A model generated the notes under the pieces. That model was not told the DNA's origin and made no database searches. It worked only from the letters and a program-made list of their open reading frames with translations. The translations under genes and the position numbers were made by a program. Shown one piece after another: positions 1 through 28,346 of a stretch of DNA of 64,000 bases. This DNA is from Strigamia acuminata (lineage: Eukaryota), in the NCBI GenBank assembly GCA_949358305.1, contig OX442314.1:10416001-10480000 (forward strand), given 5' to 3'. Positions within the stretch are counted from its first letter, which is position 1. Every line of letters starts with the position of its first letter.

Positions 1-335
1 CATGTTTTTTTCAGTTTTATCATGTTTTTTCCATGGTTTTTATGTTTTATCACGTTTTTTTTTTATGTTTTATCATGTTTTTAATATATGTTTCCATGTT
101 TTTACGTTTTTTATATATTTCACCATGTTTTTTAATGTTTTCTTTGTTTTCTTCATATTTTTTCTTCGTTTTCTCATATTTTTTCTTCGTTTTCTCATAT
201 TTTTTCTTCGTTTTCTTGTGTTTTTTCTTCGTTGCCCATGTTTTTCTTCGTTTTTCACATTTTCTACGTTTTCTTTGTTTTTCATTGTTTTTTCTGTTAT
301 TTATTTATTTTTTTTAATTTTTTTTTATTATTTCT
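1..335. repeat. Degenerate ~21-bp T-rich intronic tandem array
   Basis: Repeated TTTTTCTTCGTTTTCTCATAT. Confidence 0.8.
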
Positions 336-411
336 CATGACTTTTTTCTTTTTTAAAAATTGTTTTAATCTTTACAATTTCTTTTTATTAAATTCCTATA
401 ATTTTAATTAG

Positions 412-16963
<16,552 letters not shown>

Positions 16964-18322
16964 AAATCTAATGCAATTTCAAATTACAGCACCAAACGAA
17001 ATCTTGTCCTCAAATTGCAAATATAAAAAATTTAATTTTTATTTATTATTATCATTATTATTATTATTATTATTATTATGACGCTAACCGTAAATATACT
17101 CAGAAAAAACCCGACCGGGTGCACCGAACTCATAGTACTTATGTAAATTTTTAATTTTAAAATGGAAAATTCTATATATTATATTATTCTAGTGATGAAA
17201 ATAATAAAATCAAATAAAAAAAATAATGTAAGAAAAAAGGCTTAAAAATATTTAGGGTTAAATGTGACTATATTTCTGATACGTTAAAAGTTGAAGTGGG
17301 AAATTTAAATAAAAATGTGTTGTACATTTGTATAAAATGAATAATAATAAGATGTCGAGCTTTGAGAGTTATAAACATGATGAAATTCTATCGGATTTTG
17401 TGCATTTCATCTCCCGTCCTTTACCGGTTACAAATTGTTTTCTTGGTAATAAAATTATACATTCATTTTTCTTTGAAGTTTCGTCTCGTTTATTTGTTTT
17501 TGTTGCCGCGAATTTAGGGTTAAATGTGTAATTGAGAATTGAGTAATTAGGCGAAAGTGGTGCAATTTGCGAGTAATTACAGGGATTTAGTCGGGTGTCG
17601 CCTGCATAACGAGTGGTCAATTTGACGTTTTATGAGGAATTAGGTGTTTGAATGTGAAAATAAATTATTAGGATTTTTTTTTTTGGGTTTTTTTTTAATT
17701 TTTTTTATTTTTTGGGAATAATTATTAATGAATTTCTCTGGAGAATTTGCAAATGCATGATTAGAAAAATGAGTTAGTCGTAGTAAAATTGCTATTCATT
17801 TATTATCACAGTGCATTAGCTCGGTTTCACCGCCATATTTCATGCACGAGTGGCCACATCCGACAAGTACTTTTGATCCCATGATTGCTAATGAGAATCA
17901 ATCCTCCCAGGAGGGGATAAACAACCCACCCGTCTTATTATGCTGTCGATGTTAACTCCGGCAAATAGATAAAGGTTATTAAGATAGTTTTGGAGGTTTT
18001 TTTCAGAGGAAATTATTATTTTGAAACTTTTTTTGAACGTTTTTGTTTTTTTTTTGGCATTTTTTTAGTGAGGATAAATAAATTTTGAGGTTTTTTGTGG
18101 TTTTTTTAATGAGAATGATTAAATTTTGGCATTTTTTTTTAGTGAAAATAATAAATTTTGGCATTTTTTGATGGAAACTAATGAATTTTGTGATTTTTTG
18201 GTGAAAATAAATGAATTTTGTGAATTTTTGGTGAAAATAAATGAATTTTGGCATTTTTTTGGTGAAAATAAATGAATTTTGTGATTTTTTGGCGAAAACA
18301 AATCAATTTTGTTAGTTTTGCA

Positions 18323-18983
18323 TGTAGTTAAAACTGTGCCACTAGAGTGCGACTTTTGTTATTTTTTGTTACCGTGAAAAACGAATGTCTGTCATCTGCT
18401 AAGAATTATGTAACGATGACAGAATAAATGCTACGTGATGTTTATTTACAAATCAAGATTCATTATTATTACTACCCACAAGTGGTAGCAGAGGAATCGT
18501 TGTTGTTTTGACGGATTTGTAAAGCATCTGCGCCAAAAAGCTCGGCGATCATCAGCGTGGTCGTGAGTACAGTTGTGCGTTGTCGCTTCAATTAATCGAG
18601 TTTGGACAAAACGTTTAAAGAAAATTGACGAGTTGACAGGTCAATAAAACCGAGATGGCAGAGGAATTGAAAGGAGCTTGTGTGAGCAGAGTCCCGTAGT
18701 TAGACGACGCAAATTATTTCGTTTGGAGCATGCTGATGCGGGCGATTCTGGATTCGAAAGGCTTACGGCACACCATCATTGAGGGAAACGAGCCAGATTG
18801 ACATTGGTCGGGAGTTAAGAAGTGCAAGAATGACAAAAGATGAAACAGTTGAGCAGTTTCGGAAGAGAACAACCTGCACGACAGGACAAAACAACGAATG
18901 TCTGTCATCTGCTAAGAATTATGTAACGATGACAGAATAAATGCTATGTGATGTTTATTTACAAATCAAGATTTATTATTATT
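18323..18983 (+). mobile_element. Internally deleted Copia-derived element (LTR, PBS, gag remnant, partial second LTR)
   Basis: Putative LTR TG(18323)...CA(18480). PBS TGGTAGCAGAGGA (18483-18495), complementary to the 3' end of initiator tRNA-Met. Gag N-terminus from ATG 18655 with a stop: MAEELKGACVSRVP*LDDANYFVWSMLMRAILDSKGL. A ~90-bp direct repeat links 18380-18470 and 18893-18983. Confidence 0.8.
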
Positions 18984-21900
18984 TTTATTCATAAATTTTG
19001 TTATAATTCAGTGAAAATAAATCAATTTTATCATTATTTTTAACTAAAAACTGAATTCTATCATTATATTTCACCAAATAAATAAATTTTCTCATTAATT
19101 TTGTACAAAAAAAAATAATTTGCTCATTAATTTTCATCTAAAATAAATTAATTTCCACATTAATTTTCACCACAAAAAAAATAAAATTCTCACTAAGTAA
19201 ACAAAAAACAATAATTTTGGAGTGTTCAACTCCATTGGTCAAATCTTGATCTTTCGTTGCAATCGAGGCTACAAAACGCAATAAATTTTATTTAATTCAA
19301 AATTCCCCCCTAAATAAACCCCAAACTTTTAACAAACTCAATTTCCAATCGCCATTCCCTCCCAAGACGCTTCTGATGACTCCAACTCATCTCTGTGTTG
19401 AGGCATCACCAACTAATAGCACTTTCGCATGCCATATCAAACAAAATTGGCCCAAAAGCCCTTTAATTGCTTTACCCGATTCTCCATAATGAAAAGTGAA
19501 CGGGAGCACTTCCACGAACAAAACATCCTCTTCCCAAACTCCACCGCTCTCGCCCAAAAGGGGGATCGTCGAACAGAGTGAACAACTCGTGTTGGCAACT
19601 GATTGCCACTCCACTCCACGCTGATGAAACGTGCGCATTCGCTCCTCGCGCTTTTGTGCTCTTCGCAATAATATTGTGCGTGAGAGCGCAACGATTTTCG
19701 CGAGTGATTAGCGACAAAAGTTCGGACCAGACAACCAGCGACCCCCGCGCAGCAGCAGGCCCGTAGGAGCCCCCGCGAGCTCTCACATTTGCATAACAAA
19801 ACGCATCTTTCTCTCCCAATCTCCTCCCACGTCGCGCGTGTCCATGCGCTCCTCTGGTTGCCAATGGAAATGACTCATGGTCGCACGCCACGTGCTCCAC
19901 CCGACTCCCACTCACGACTAATCAAACACAGTTGGCCGCATTTCTCGTTACCAACACGTGGGATTTGTTTTGTTTTCTCGGGAAATTTATTTATTTATTT
20001 ATTTGGGGTTTTTTTAGGTTTTTTTTTTGTTGAATTTTCGCGTTGGGTTTGAGTTTGCGCGTTGATGTCAATTAAAACGATGCACAGAGCTCATCTTATT
20101 AATTGTGGGGGTTGCTAGGGTTGATGAAAGGGGTTGCGAGGGCCTCGGGCAGGGTTGTTGTCATTTGCATGAATGGATAAAAGAATATTGCAATTTTAGT
20201 TTTTTAAAATTGGATTTTTTTTTTATGTGATGTTGGAAAGCCGAGCGTTAAAAGCAACCCGGATTATCAGTTAGGCCGCAAAACATGCTGTACAGTCAAA
20301 TATTTACATTGGAATTCGATTGGCTGGCCAAGGCCTGTATTAACTCGGCGTTTTTTTGTACTGGAACGAGGAAATAAATAACGGATAATAAAATTTTTAA
20401 AAAAAAATTTTAATTTTTTAAATTTTTTATTTTTATTTTTATAATTATTCTTTTATATTCTCGGTTTGGTACGTTAAACGTGGTTTATTCGTGGTACCGC
20501 GTTTATTGACGTGTTTTATCGAGTTTGCGAGAAGAAAAAAAAATTCCAGTGCAGTTAAGATTCGTTTTATTGTCGTTTTAAGACACTTTTTATTTGTTTC
20601 GACGGTTGTTTGTAACAACGACACGATTTTTTCCATCTTCGGCATTAAATGTTTGTGTCTTTTCTGTTGTTTTCGTGATCCATGCTTCGTTGGGACGATG
20701 TTTATTCATGGCTAAATAATGGACGGAACGATTTATTTTGAAAAATAAAATATACAAAATGAGCAAACAAAACGCGAGCTGCTTTTCAATATTGTGTTTG
20801 ACGGATTAGGTCAAGATTAAACGTATCGCAGTCGCCATCTGCTGCCCAGGATGTTTGCTCAGTGATATAACAAAGCTGGAAAAAAAAATGAAAAAAAAAT
20901 ATAAAAATCGAATGAAAAATTGCTCATATTTTGTGCAAATATTGAAAATTACAGTAAAAAATGTCTGCGTCTGGTTATTTGAAGTAGAAAATGAAGAAAT
21001 GTCGACATGGAGATCGTCTGGCGCGGTGTATTGCATCATATTTTTGTTGTTTTATGTCATGTAGTTTGGGGGATCGATGAGCGAACTCGAGCTTTTAGCA
21101 CACTTGTTGCTCGGTTACGCTCTTGTGCTTCGGTCGGCGGCAAAACTGCTCTTGTTTCCCCTTGATTGCAGAATGCCATTGCTTCTAATGCCAAATTCCG
21201 CGCGCATTGAATGGCCTATACATGCAGCTGTCGAATATTGAACAACTGTCAGACTCATTTTCCGATACATTTTCTCTTCCGTTTAAACTTAATTTCGTTT
21301 TATTTATTTTTATCTTTTCCTGGTGAAATTACTAAAAAGGAATTTAAATTTAGATAATTGTGTTTTTTTTTGTTTTGTTTTCTTTTTGGATTTTTCTTTT
21401 TTTCCTTGTTATTTTTTTTCTTTTGATTGATGAACCGTGTAATTTTATTTGCTCAATTTATTTCTCATTATTTGACGTTTGGAATGAATTTGTCATGAAA
21501 TTCATTATTGATAATTTCCAAATGTTTGTTGCTTTTCTTTCTTTTTAGATTGATTAATAATTAAATTGGTGGAAAAAAAATTATTTTTGCTTGGAATAAT
21601 GTCAAAATTCATTTATTTTCACTGAAAAAATGAGAAAGAAAATTTATTTTCACGAAAAAATGACAAAAATCATTTATTTTCATCGGAAAAAATGACAAAA
21701 AACATTTATTTTCATCGGAAAAAATGTCAAAAGTTATTTATTTTCACTAAAAAGATGACAGAATTCCTTTATTTTCATTAAAATAAGGACACAATTGATT
21801 TATTTTCACTAAAATTATTAAAAATTTATTTTTTTTCACTAAAAAATGACTAAATTCATCCATTTCATTCCATCTGTTTTTTTAAATAAAATAAAGTTTT

Positions 21901-23399
21901 AGGTTTCGATTTTTTTTTAAATTTTAAAAATTTTTAATGGTTTTACTGGAGATATTCCATTAAAGTTTATATCTTGGTGGAATACATGGAGCCACGCCTT
22001 TGACAAACTTTTCTTTTGACATGTGTTTAAAATTCAAGGTAAAAAATCCATTTCACAGTGGACACTTGTCCAGTATACACACGATCATGTTTTATTTAAA
22101 TTCCTTAGTTTTTAACTATAAAAAAATTGAAATTGTGCTGTAAAAATCAATGAAAAACATTGCAGGCTCCAGCAAACACAAATAGGAAAAGCATTGATAA
22201 TAGAGCAGTTCAATCAACTTGTGCGAGTTTATTCGAATTCATCAGCAAAATGTTTTCCTGGTACAAATAAATGCTTATACAACTTATACAACGTATTTCC
22301 ACGTTCAAAAAACTTCCTCATAAAATTATTCACCTCCCAGAATTAATTAAATTAATTAAATTTATTAAATTCGGATTGTTTCTTTTAAGTTTTCAAAATC
22401 CAAAACAAGAGGTCGCTATATTTCAGTCCCGAAGAAAAACTTTAATTATAATTACTTAGGTTAATTATTTCTAATTCTATTTTAGTAATTCCCTCAATTA
22501 TTTCCTAATTAAAATTAAAATTATTAAAACCATTAAAATCATTAAAAATAAAATATAACTTTTAAAAATACATTTTGGTAAATAACGGCGCTTTTGTGCT
22601 TGTTCAATTGTTCGAAATGTTTGCATCCGTTCCAAGACTTTTTTTTCGCTTTAACTTGTCAAATAGCTCAAACATCACAGAATACATTCACCAAATCCTC
22701 CTGACAAACGTAAGTCACTTAATTTAATATTTATTAGACGTCTAAAAACCGAAACGTGGCCACTCGATTTTTAAGCCTAACGTCAAACCCGCCAATTGTA
22801 ACGACAAATTCGTTATTAATAATAATAAATAACAATAATAATACAGTATAACTTTGTTTTTTTTACACTTCTGTGTCCGTTTCATGTTTCCATTTGTTTA
22901 ATTTGACGTGCACTTGTATTTATCTGAGAAAAAAAGAAGAAACAAAACGAAAATGTCTTTTAAGGGGAACTGATAGGCTTCCCTGCGTGTGCTTTGTAGA
23001 TTATGATTGAATTTTTAAATGCGATCACTCATTTTTCAAGCCCTGTAATTGAATATTTGCTCGTCGCGTGCTGCCTGGTGGCTCCAAACGACCCATTTTC
23101 TGATTCACACTTCAAACATAAGTATAATAATTTTTTTTAAAACTGATTACACGTTTTTTTTTCTATTTAAAAAAAAAGAGAATATTAGAAATTAAGGCTG
23201 AAAATGGATTTTTTTTTTTGTTGGGAATTTTGGAGATATTTATTTCAATTCTTTTGCTTATGAATAATTCCGTTAGAAACAAGTAAATTGTAGATGTTTT
23301 CAAGTTGACAAGCTCGTGACTGTGTGTTTGGGGGTGGCTTAGAAATTGCAATTTATAAGTTTTGGAGAAACAAGAAACAAGAAAATTGTTTCATTTTTT

Positions 23400-26300
23400 T
23401 TTTTTGTTATGAAACTTTTATTGCATGAAAAATACATTATACAATCAGCAAAGAAATAATGTCAAAACACAAAAAAATACTACATTTTCTAAATTTTTTT
23501 TTTCTTGCAAAGTTTTTGCAATTTTCTACAATTTATTTTTTTTTTTTGCAATTTTTGCAACTTTTTGAAATTTTTCACAACTTTTATCCCTATTTTTTTT
23601 TTGCAAATTTTTCCAAAATGATACTAATTTTTCTAATATTTTTGCAATATTTTGCATTTTTTTTGCAATTTTTTGCATTTTTTCTGCAATATTTTGGCAA
23701 TTTTTATTTTTTTTACAATATTTTTATTATCAAAAAAGAAGAAAATAAAATTAAATATTAACAAAAAGTGCAACATTTTTTTTATGCATTAGAAATTTAA
23801 ATATATATGGTATAATATAAATTTTAAAAAAAAGGAAAAAAATGAAAAACACACACGAAAAGCTAAAACTAAATAAAGTGCTGGAAAAGGTCGAGAATTT
23901 TAGTCAAATCGACTGAAATCTCCTTCCTGAATCCATTACAATGACTAGAAACAGCACTCAATACTCATTTCTTAAAAATTGCAATGTTAATAAAATATAA
24001 CATTTTCACTTCCGGTTCATGTTAAATTGGTGAGATCATCGGTGCATTTTAATGAGATTTCTGGTTTTTTTTCCACATTTTTCTTTTGATTTTGATATGT
24101 ACATGACAAAAACCACAAAAACACTACAATTTAATTCAATTTAAGTAAATACGTTGACTAGAAATTAATGAGAGAAATAATTGACTAGTTAAAGTGTCAT
24201 CCAGTTGTCACCAGATGTCTCAACACCTATGACTAAACAAAGACTAGAACTTGGTAATAATTTGACTTAGAGGTTTTGACACTCATCCAAAAGTAAAGTT
24301 TTTACTGACCCATGGTCAATTGTAATCATTAAATATAATATAGACTAGATTGTCACACTCAACCCTAATTTATATATATATGTATATATATATAAATATA
24401 TTTTTATATGTAATAATGTGATATAAAAGGCACACTGGGTGTTAATTACAAAATATCCGTTTTTTGGCGGATTTGTTTTTTTTTTTTAATTTATTTAAAA
24501 ATTTAAATTATAAATGGACTAGCAAGGATTCAAAGGTGAGGTAGTTGGTTGGTATTTGCTGGTTAAAGTTGAAATTGGATTTTTGAAAGTTTTTTTTGAA
24601 TGGTTTTGATGGAAAAATTGCAATTTAATGCTCATTTGTGGCAGGTTAAAGGTGGATAGTTGTGTATGTTGAAAATTATAATGTTTAACAGTGAAATTTG
24701 AAATTAAATGTTGATAGTTAAGGTTCAATTTTAAAATTTGAAATAAATGTTTAAATGTATAAGTTTTATTTGTTTAAAAGTTAAATTTACTTGTCCAAAA
24801 GTTAAATTACTTGTCCAAAAGTTAAAATTTCTTGTCCAAAAGTTAAATTTACTTGTCCAAGAGTTAAAATGCATCGTTTAAATGTTTAAATTACTTGTCC
24901 AAAGTCAAAATTTGAAGCTGATGTTAAGATTTCGAATTTCCATTGTTAAAATTTCAAATTTCCTTTGTTAAATTTCAAATTTCCAAAAACTTCCAAATTT
25001 CCATTGTTAAAATTTCCAAATTTCCGTTGTTAAAATTTCCAAATTTCCATTGTTAAAATTTCCAAATTTCCATTGTTAAAATTTCCAAATTTCCATTGTT
25101 AAAATTTCCAAATTTCCATTGTTAAAATTTCCAAATTTTTATGGTTAAAATTTCCAAATTTTTATGGTTAAAATTTCCAAATTTCCATTGTTAAAATTCC
25201 AAATTTCCATTGTTAAATTTAAAATTTCCATTGTTAAATTCCAAATTTCCATTGTTATAATTTCCAAATTTCCATTGTTAAAATTTCCAAATTTTCATTG
25301 TTAAAATTTCCAAATTTCCATTGTTAAAATTTAAAATATTAAATTTCCATTGTTAAATTCCAAATTTCCATTGTTAAAATTTAAAATATCAAATTTCCAT
25401 CGTTAAATTTCAAATTTCCATTGTTGAAATTTGAATTTTCCACCATTTTCAAATTGTTAATTCCCTCCCCTCAGATTAACATTAAAATATTTTAAAAAAA
25501 AATAACTTAAAACCAATCGAGAAACAATTTGCAACTACATAAAACACACCACTCTCCCAACCACAATTCACCATCTCCCCCCAAAAAAAAAAATTTCAAC
25601 AACAATAATACCACCATCACCAACCACCTCACCTGAAATAAAAATAAATAAATAAAAATAAATAGAAAGAGGACGTTCAACCTTAATTTACACAGACTCA
25701 CAGACCAGATGCGGGGGCGGCAACAAAATGTGCACATCATTAAACCGCAAAACACCTAAGCAAATGATACACTTCCAACTCGCTCTCTCTCTCTCTATTT
25801 CTCCATCTCAACTCAATTACAGCAACTTTTAAAACACTTTGAGGTTAATGATTCAAAATAACTCAATTTCCTCCATTTTTTTTTTTACTTTTAACAACCA
25901 AACTTGTATTTTTTTTTGTATCAATCAATTTTATATTTTTCTATGAAATATCATTGACCTCATAATACATGGGGGCAAGGGGGGATAGGGGCCTGCTGTG
26001 CCAGATGGTCACATCATGGTACCTGGGTTTATTGTTGAATTTGTCTATTGATTAGGGGCACAGCAATAAAATGTAAGGGAAAAAAAAAGTTTTCTAAATT
26101 TTTTTTTTCTAGGTTTTAATTAAATTTTTTAAGTTTTTAGGAACATTTTATGATTTTATTATTTTTTTTTTTGGAAAATATTTTTAATGATATGTTTTGT
26201 CCTGTCTTTATACACATAAATTTTCATAGTTTTTTGATATATTAGTTTGGAATGGTTTTTTTTAAATTTTTTTTTTGAGTTGGTCATAAAAATAAAATGA

Positions 26301-26454
26301 TTGGTTTTCTTAAAATTTGTAAAATAAAAAAATATAGAAAAGAAGATTTATGGGATTTTTGCAGTTTGCAGTTTTTTTTTTGTATAAAAATCGATTTAGG
26401 CCTAAATTTTTAGTTTTTTTTTTGATTGGAGGAAATAAAATTTTGTAATTGAAT
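23400..26454 (-). promoter_or_regulatory. Putative long 3'UTR of the INSM/nerfin gene with a miRNA and Pumilio site cluster
   Basis: Six miR-279-type seed matches at 23942-24522, let-7 8-mer at 24537, bantam 8-mer at 24031 and Pumilio element at 24096, all in mRNA (minus) orientation. Candidate AATAAA (minus) at 23417-23422. The UTR end is not established. Confidence 0.6.
24775..25440. repeat. ~20-23-bp tandem arrays inside the putative INSM 3'UTR
   Basis: ACTTGTCCAAAAGTTAAATT, then AAATTTCCATTGTTAAAATTTCC. Confidence 0.9.
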
Positions 26455-27777
26455 TTATGAATGGGGAACTTGTAAAAGGATCACCTGACGTGTTTCGGAC
26501 GGGTGCAGTTTGTTGATGTGCCGCGTGAGTCCCGGCGAAGTAGCGAAAGCGATCGGACAGAATTTACAGGCGAAAGCACCGCCGACATCGGCACCAAAAT
26601 CGTCGCATTTATCGGCGCTCGCATCGAGTCGGCCGTGAGTCTGCAAATGTTTGCGCAGTTGGTTTTGTCGTCGGAACTTCTTGTTGCACAAGTCGCACTC
26701 GAACCAAGCGTCGTCACCGTTCGGGGAACACGGGTGACTGGACGAACTGTTACTCGCTTCCGAATCGCTCAAGTCGGCCGACTGCGCGAGCGTCGGCAGC
26801 AACCGCGGCGGCGGCGGAAGAATCGTGCTGGCGAGCGGCGTGACTCGCGACGTCGGCGCCGCCGCGTCGGCCGAGTTCGGGCGCGGCTTGTGCCAGCGCC
26901 GATGCGAAGCGAGGTTGGCGGGACAGTTGAACACTTTGTCGCACTCGGGACACCGGTACTCGACGTGAATAATGCGCGAACATCGGTGCTGCGCCAAGCC
27001 GAAAGCGTCGTCGTAGCATTTCTTACACAACTGACAGATGTAGTCGCCGATTCGGTTGTCTATCTTGGCGATCTCGGCCTTGGCCTCCTCGGTCGCCTCG
27101 ACCAAGTTGAAACTCGGGTCGATGTCGCCCTTGCGCACGACCACCAGCGACGTGTTCTGCGGCTCGTCCACGTCGTCGAAGTCGCGGATGATCGTCCCGG
27201 ACACGGGCGACGTTTTGTCCTCGTCGAACGTGAGCCGGCGCACGGCTTTTGACTTTTTGGGGGCCCGGGAGCCCTTGGGTAGCGAGTTTAGCGCCGATTC
27301 TCGTCGCTTGTGCGGCGAGGGCGGAGGCGGTGCGGGTGTTTGGGACGATTTGATGGGTGGAGTGCACAAACTCACCATGAACTGATCGAACGGGTTGAGG
27401 TAGGGCACTGCCGATGTCGCCAGCGATGTCGTCAGCGATGTCGCTCGTGTGGTCAGTGCCAAAGGCGAGTTGTCGGCATTCTGGAGGTCGCAGAAGTGGT
27501 TCCGCGAGCCGAATTGGGCGGGACTGCGGTAGAGGAGCAGCGTGGGGCTGCCGAAGCCGGAATCCGGAGACGCGTGCGCTGCAGGGGCCGGTTGGGTGCC
27601 GCCGCCTGTGGTCGGCAAGGGCAGCTGGGTGGGCGCGATGTTGTCGTGGTCGGAGCTCGAGTCGGAGCGAGAGTCGGAACGATCCTCGTCCGAGTATCGG
27701 CGCCCGCGGTCGCGGTACGAAGAGGGCGCCGAGTGTTTGCTGCTGGGCAGCCGCTTGACGAGGAAACCTCGCGGCAT
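26455..27777 (-). CDS. INSM1: INSM1/IA-1/Nerfin-1/EGL-46-family zinc-finger transcriptional repressor, intronless, 440 aa
   Basis: N-terminal SNAG motif MPRGFLVKR starts at ATG 27777; the ORF track adds 72 upstream codons from a non-ATG start. Family motif RRLTFDEDKTSPVSGTII. EIN-type fingers YICQLC..AQHRCSRIIHVEYRCPECDKVFNCPANLASHRRWHKPR, two further C2H2 fingers, and a C-terminal HPSETRQVILLQVP tail like vertebrate INSM1. Confidence 0.95.
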   Translation of the reverse strand: MPRGFLVKRLPSSKHSAPSSYRDRGRRYSDEDRSDSRSDSSSDHDNIAPTQLPLPTTGGGTQPAPAAHASPDSGFGSPTLLLYRSPAQFGSRNHFCDLQNADNSPLALTTRATSLTTSLATSAVPYLNPFDQFMVSLCTPPIKSSQTPAPPPPSPHKRRESALNSLPKGSRAPKKSKAVRRLTFDEDKTSPVSGTIIRDFDDVDEPQNTSLVVVRKGDIDPSFNLVEATEEAKAEIAKIDNRIGDYICQLCKKCYDDAFGLAQHRCSRIIHVEYRCPECDKVFNCPANLASHRRWHKPRPNSADAAAPTSRVTPLASTILPPPPRLLPTLAQSADLSDSEASNSSSSHPCSPNGDDAWFECDLCNKKFRRQNQLRKHLQTHGRLDASADKCDDFGADVGGAFACKFCPIAFATSPGLTRHINKLHPSETRQVILLQVPHS

Positions 27778-28315
27778 GTTGACGTGCGACTCATGGACGG
27801 CAGCGGCTGCTCGGCTCGGGAGTTGGGATGAGGCACTTTGAGTTGTCGGCGTTGGTGGAGCTGGAGTTGTTGCTGCCGCTCGTGTCGGTGCGATAGTTTG
27901 GAGTGGGGAGAAGAGAGCGGAGCGGGCGCGGAGTGGAGCGGAGGGAGCGGGCAACCACCTGATGCTGGTATGGTAGTAGTGAGTAAGAGACACGCGACTC
28001 GGGGAGCGCGCTGCTGATTGGTTGTGGTCGCGCGCTGTTCTGGGTTAAGCCGCCGCCTCCTGCTCCTCGCCACTACCCGTTACCTAGTCGGTTGTTATGG
28101 TGACGGAGACGCCGTGGCCTAGTGAACAATCGATCGATGGGCAGATGGCGAGTGGAGGGAGGGAGGGAGGGTGAGGGGTTTTTTGGAGGGAAATTGAGAA
28201 GTGGAGTATTGGCACTTCATCTTGGGGATGAGGTGGGGAAAGGTAAAGGTAGAGAGAGGGATGGGTGAGGATGGTTGCGACTTGGGAGAGTGGGTTGTGG
28301 ATGGATGTTGGGTAC

Positions 28316-28346
<31 letters not shown>

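Noticed and set aside
19387..20052. Overlapping ORFs in a GC-rich island downstream of INSM
   Set aside because: No domain similarity or convincing exon chain; the island carries octamer and CACGTG motifs and looks regulatory.
24537..24600. let-7 gene on the plus strand
   Set aside because: No complementary star arm nearby and the 3' half deviates; better explained as a target site on the minus strand.
26503..27841. Plus-strand ORFs antisense to INSM (and similar ones over Claspin and the Copia ORF)
   Set aside because: Shadow ORFs of coding sequence with no recognisable domains.
27778..27993. 72-aa N-terminal extension of the INSM ORF
   Set aside because: It begins at a non-ATG codon, and SNAG domains function at the extreme N-terminus, so ATG 27777 is the likely start.
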